From: Vicugna vicugna
Taxonomy: Eukaryota
DNA: 64,000 nt
NCBI GenBank assembly: GCA_013265495.1
Contig: MU058540.1
Coordinates: forward strand, 1,947,696-2,011,695
Direction: 5' to 3'
Under the pieces are notes generated by a model, which saw only the letters and a program-made list of their open reading frames with translations, searched no databases and had not been told where the DNA came from. The position numbers and the translations under genes were made by a program. Shown one piece after another: positions 63,711 to 64,000 of the stretch. Within the stretch, counting starts at the first letter, position 1, and the number at the start of each line of letters is the position of its first letter.

Positions 63711-64000
63711 TTTGTTCCAGTCATAATTCTTGATGTGTTCAGTGTCCACCTAGTTGGTCCTTCCCACCACCTGGCCTCTCAGTCCCCTGACTTCTCTCCT
63801 TCTGTGACCCTGCCCTTCACCTGGCCTCAGCCTTCTCTCCCATGGTCACACCTGAGGCTTTGCTGTTACCAGTGACAGGCTTCTCATTTGGGACTGCTCT
63901 TTGCTGGCCCTGCCTGAGATCTGAGCTACAGGCAACCTGTCTCCACTTATAGCCTCCTCCCCTGATTCTTCATCTGCGTTGGTTTGGGCACCACTTTTGC

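Overview
Mammalian genomic DNA, probably a camelid (inferred from repeated Vic-1-type tRNA-derived SINEs), with the same gene order as human 6p21.31. It holds the last four exons of FANCE (+, 144-4315), complete RPL10A (+, 6 exons, 217 aa), complete TEAD3 (-, non-AUG ATA start, 435 aa) and complete TULP1 (-, 15 exons, about 545 aa). The last ~17 kb is intergenic and repeat-rich (L1, L2, MIR, MaLR LTR, DNA transposons). Exon boundaries were read by hand and reading frames close correctly. I found no wholly new gene system. The most interesting signals are RNA-processing and feedback elements: a duplicated TEA helix-3 exon in TEAD3; an intronic inverted repeat that could mask the 12-nt TEAD3 microexon; an rRNA-L1-stalk-like hairpin next to an alternative 5' splice site in RPL10A intron 3; a GC (or shifted) donor at TULP1 exon 3; a tandem TEAD site in TEAD3's own first exon; and a 36-nt duplicated element in the TEAD3 3' region. 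Repeat family names and cross-species comparisons come from recall, not from searches.
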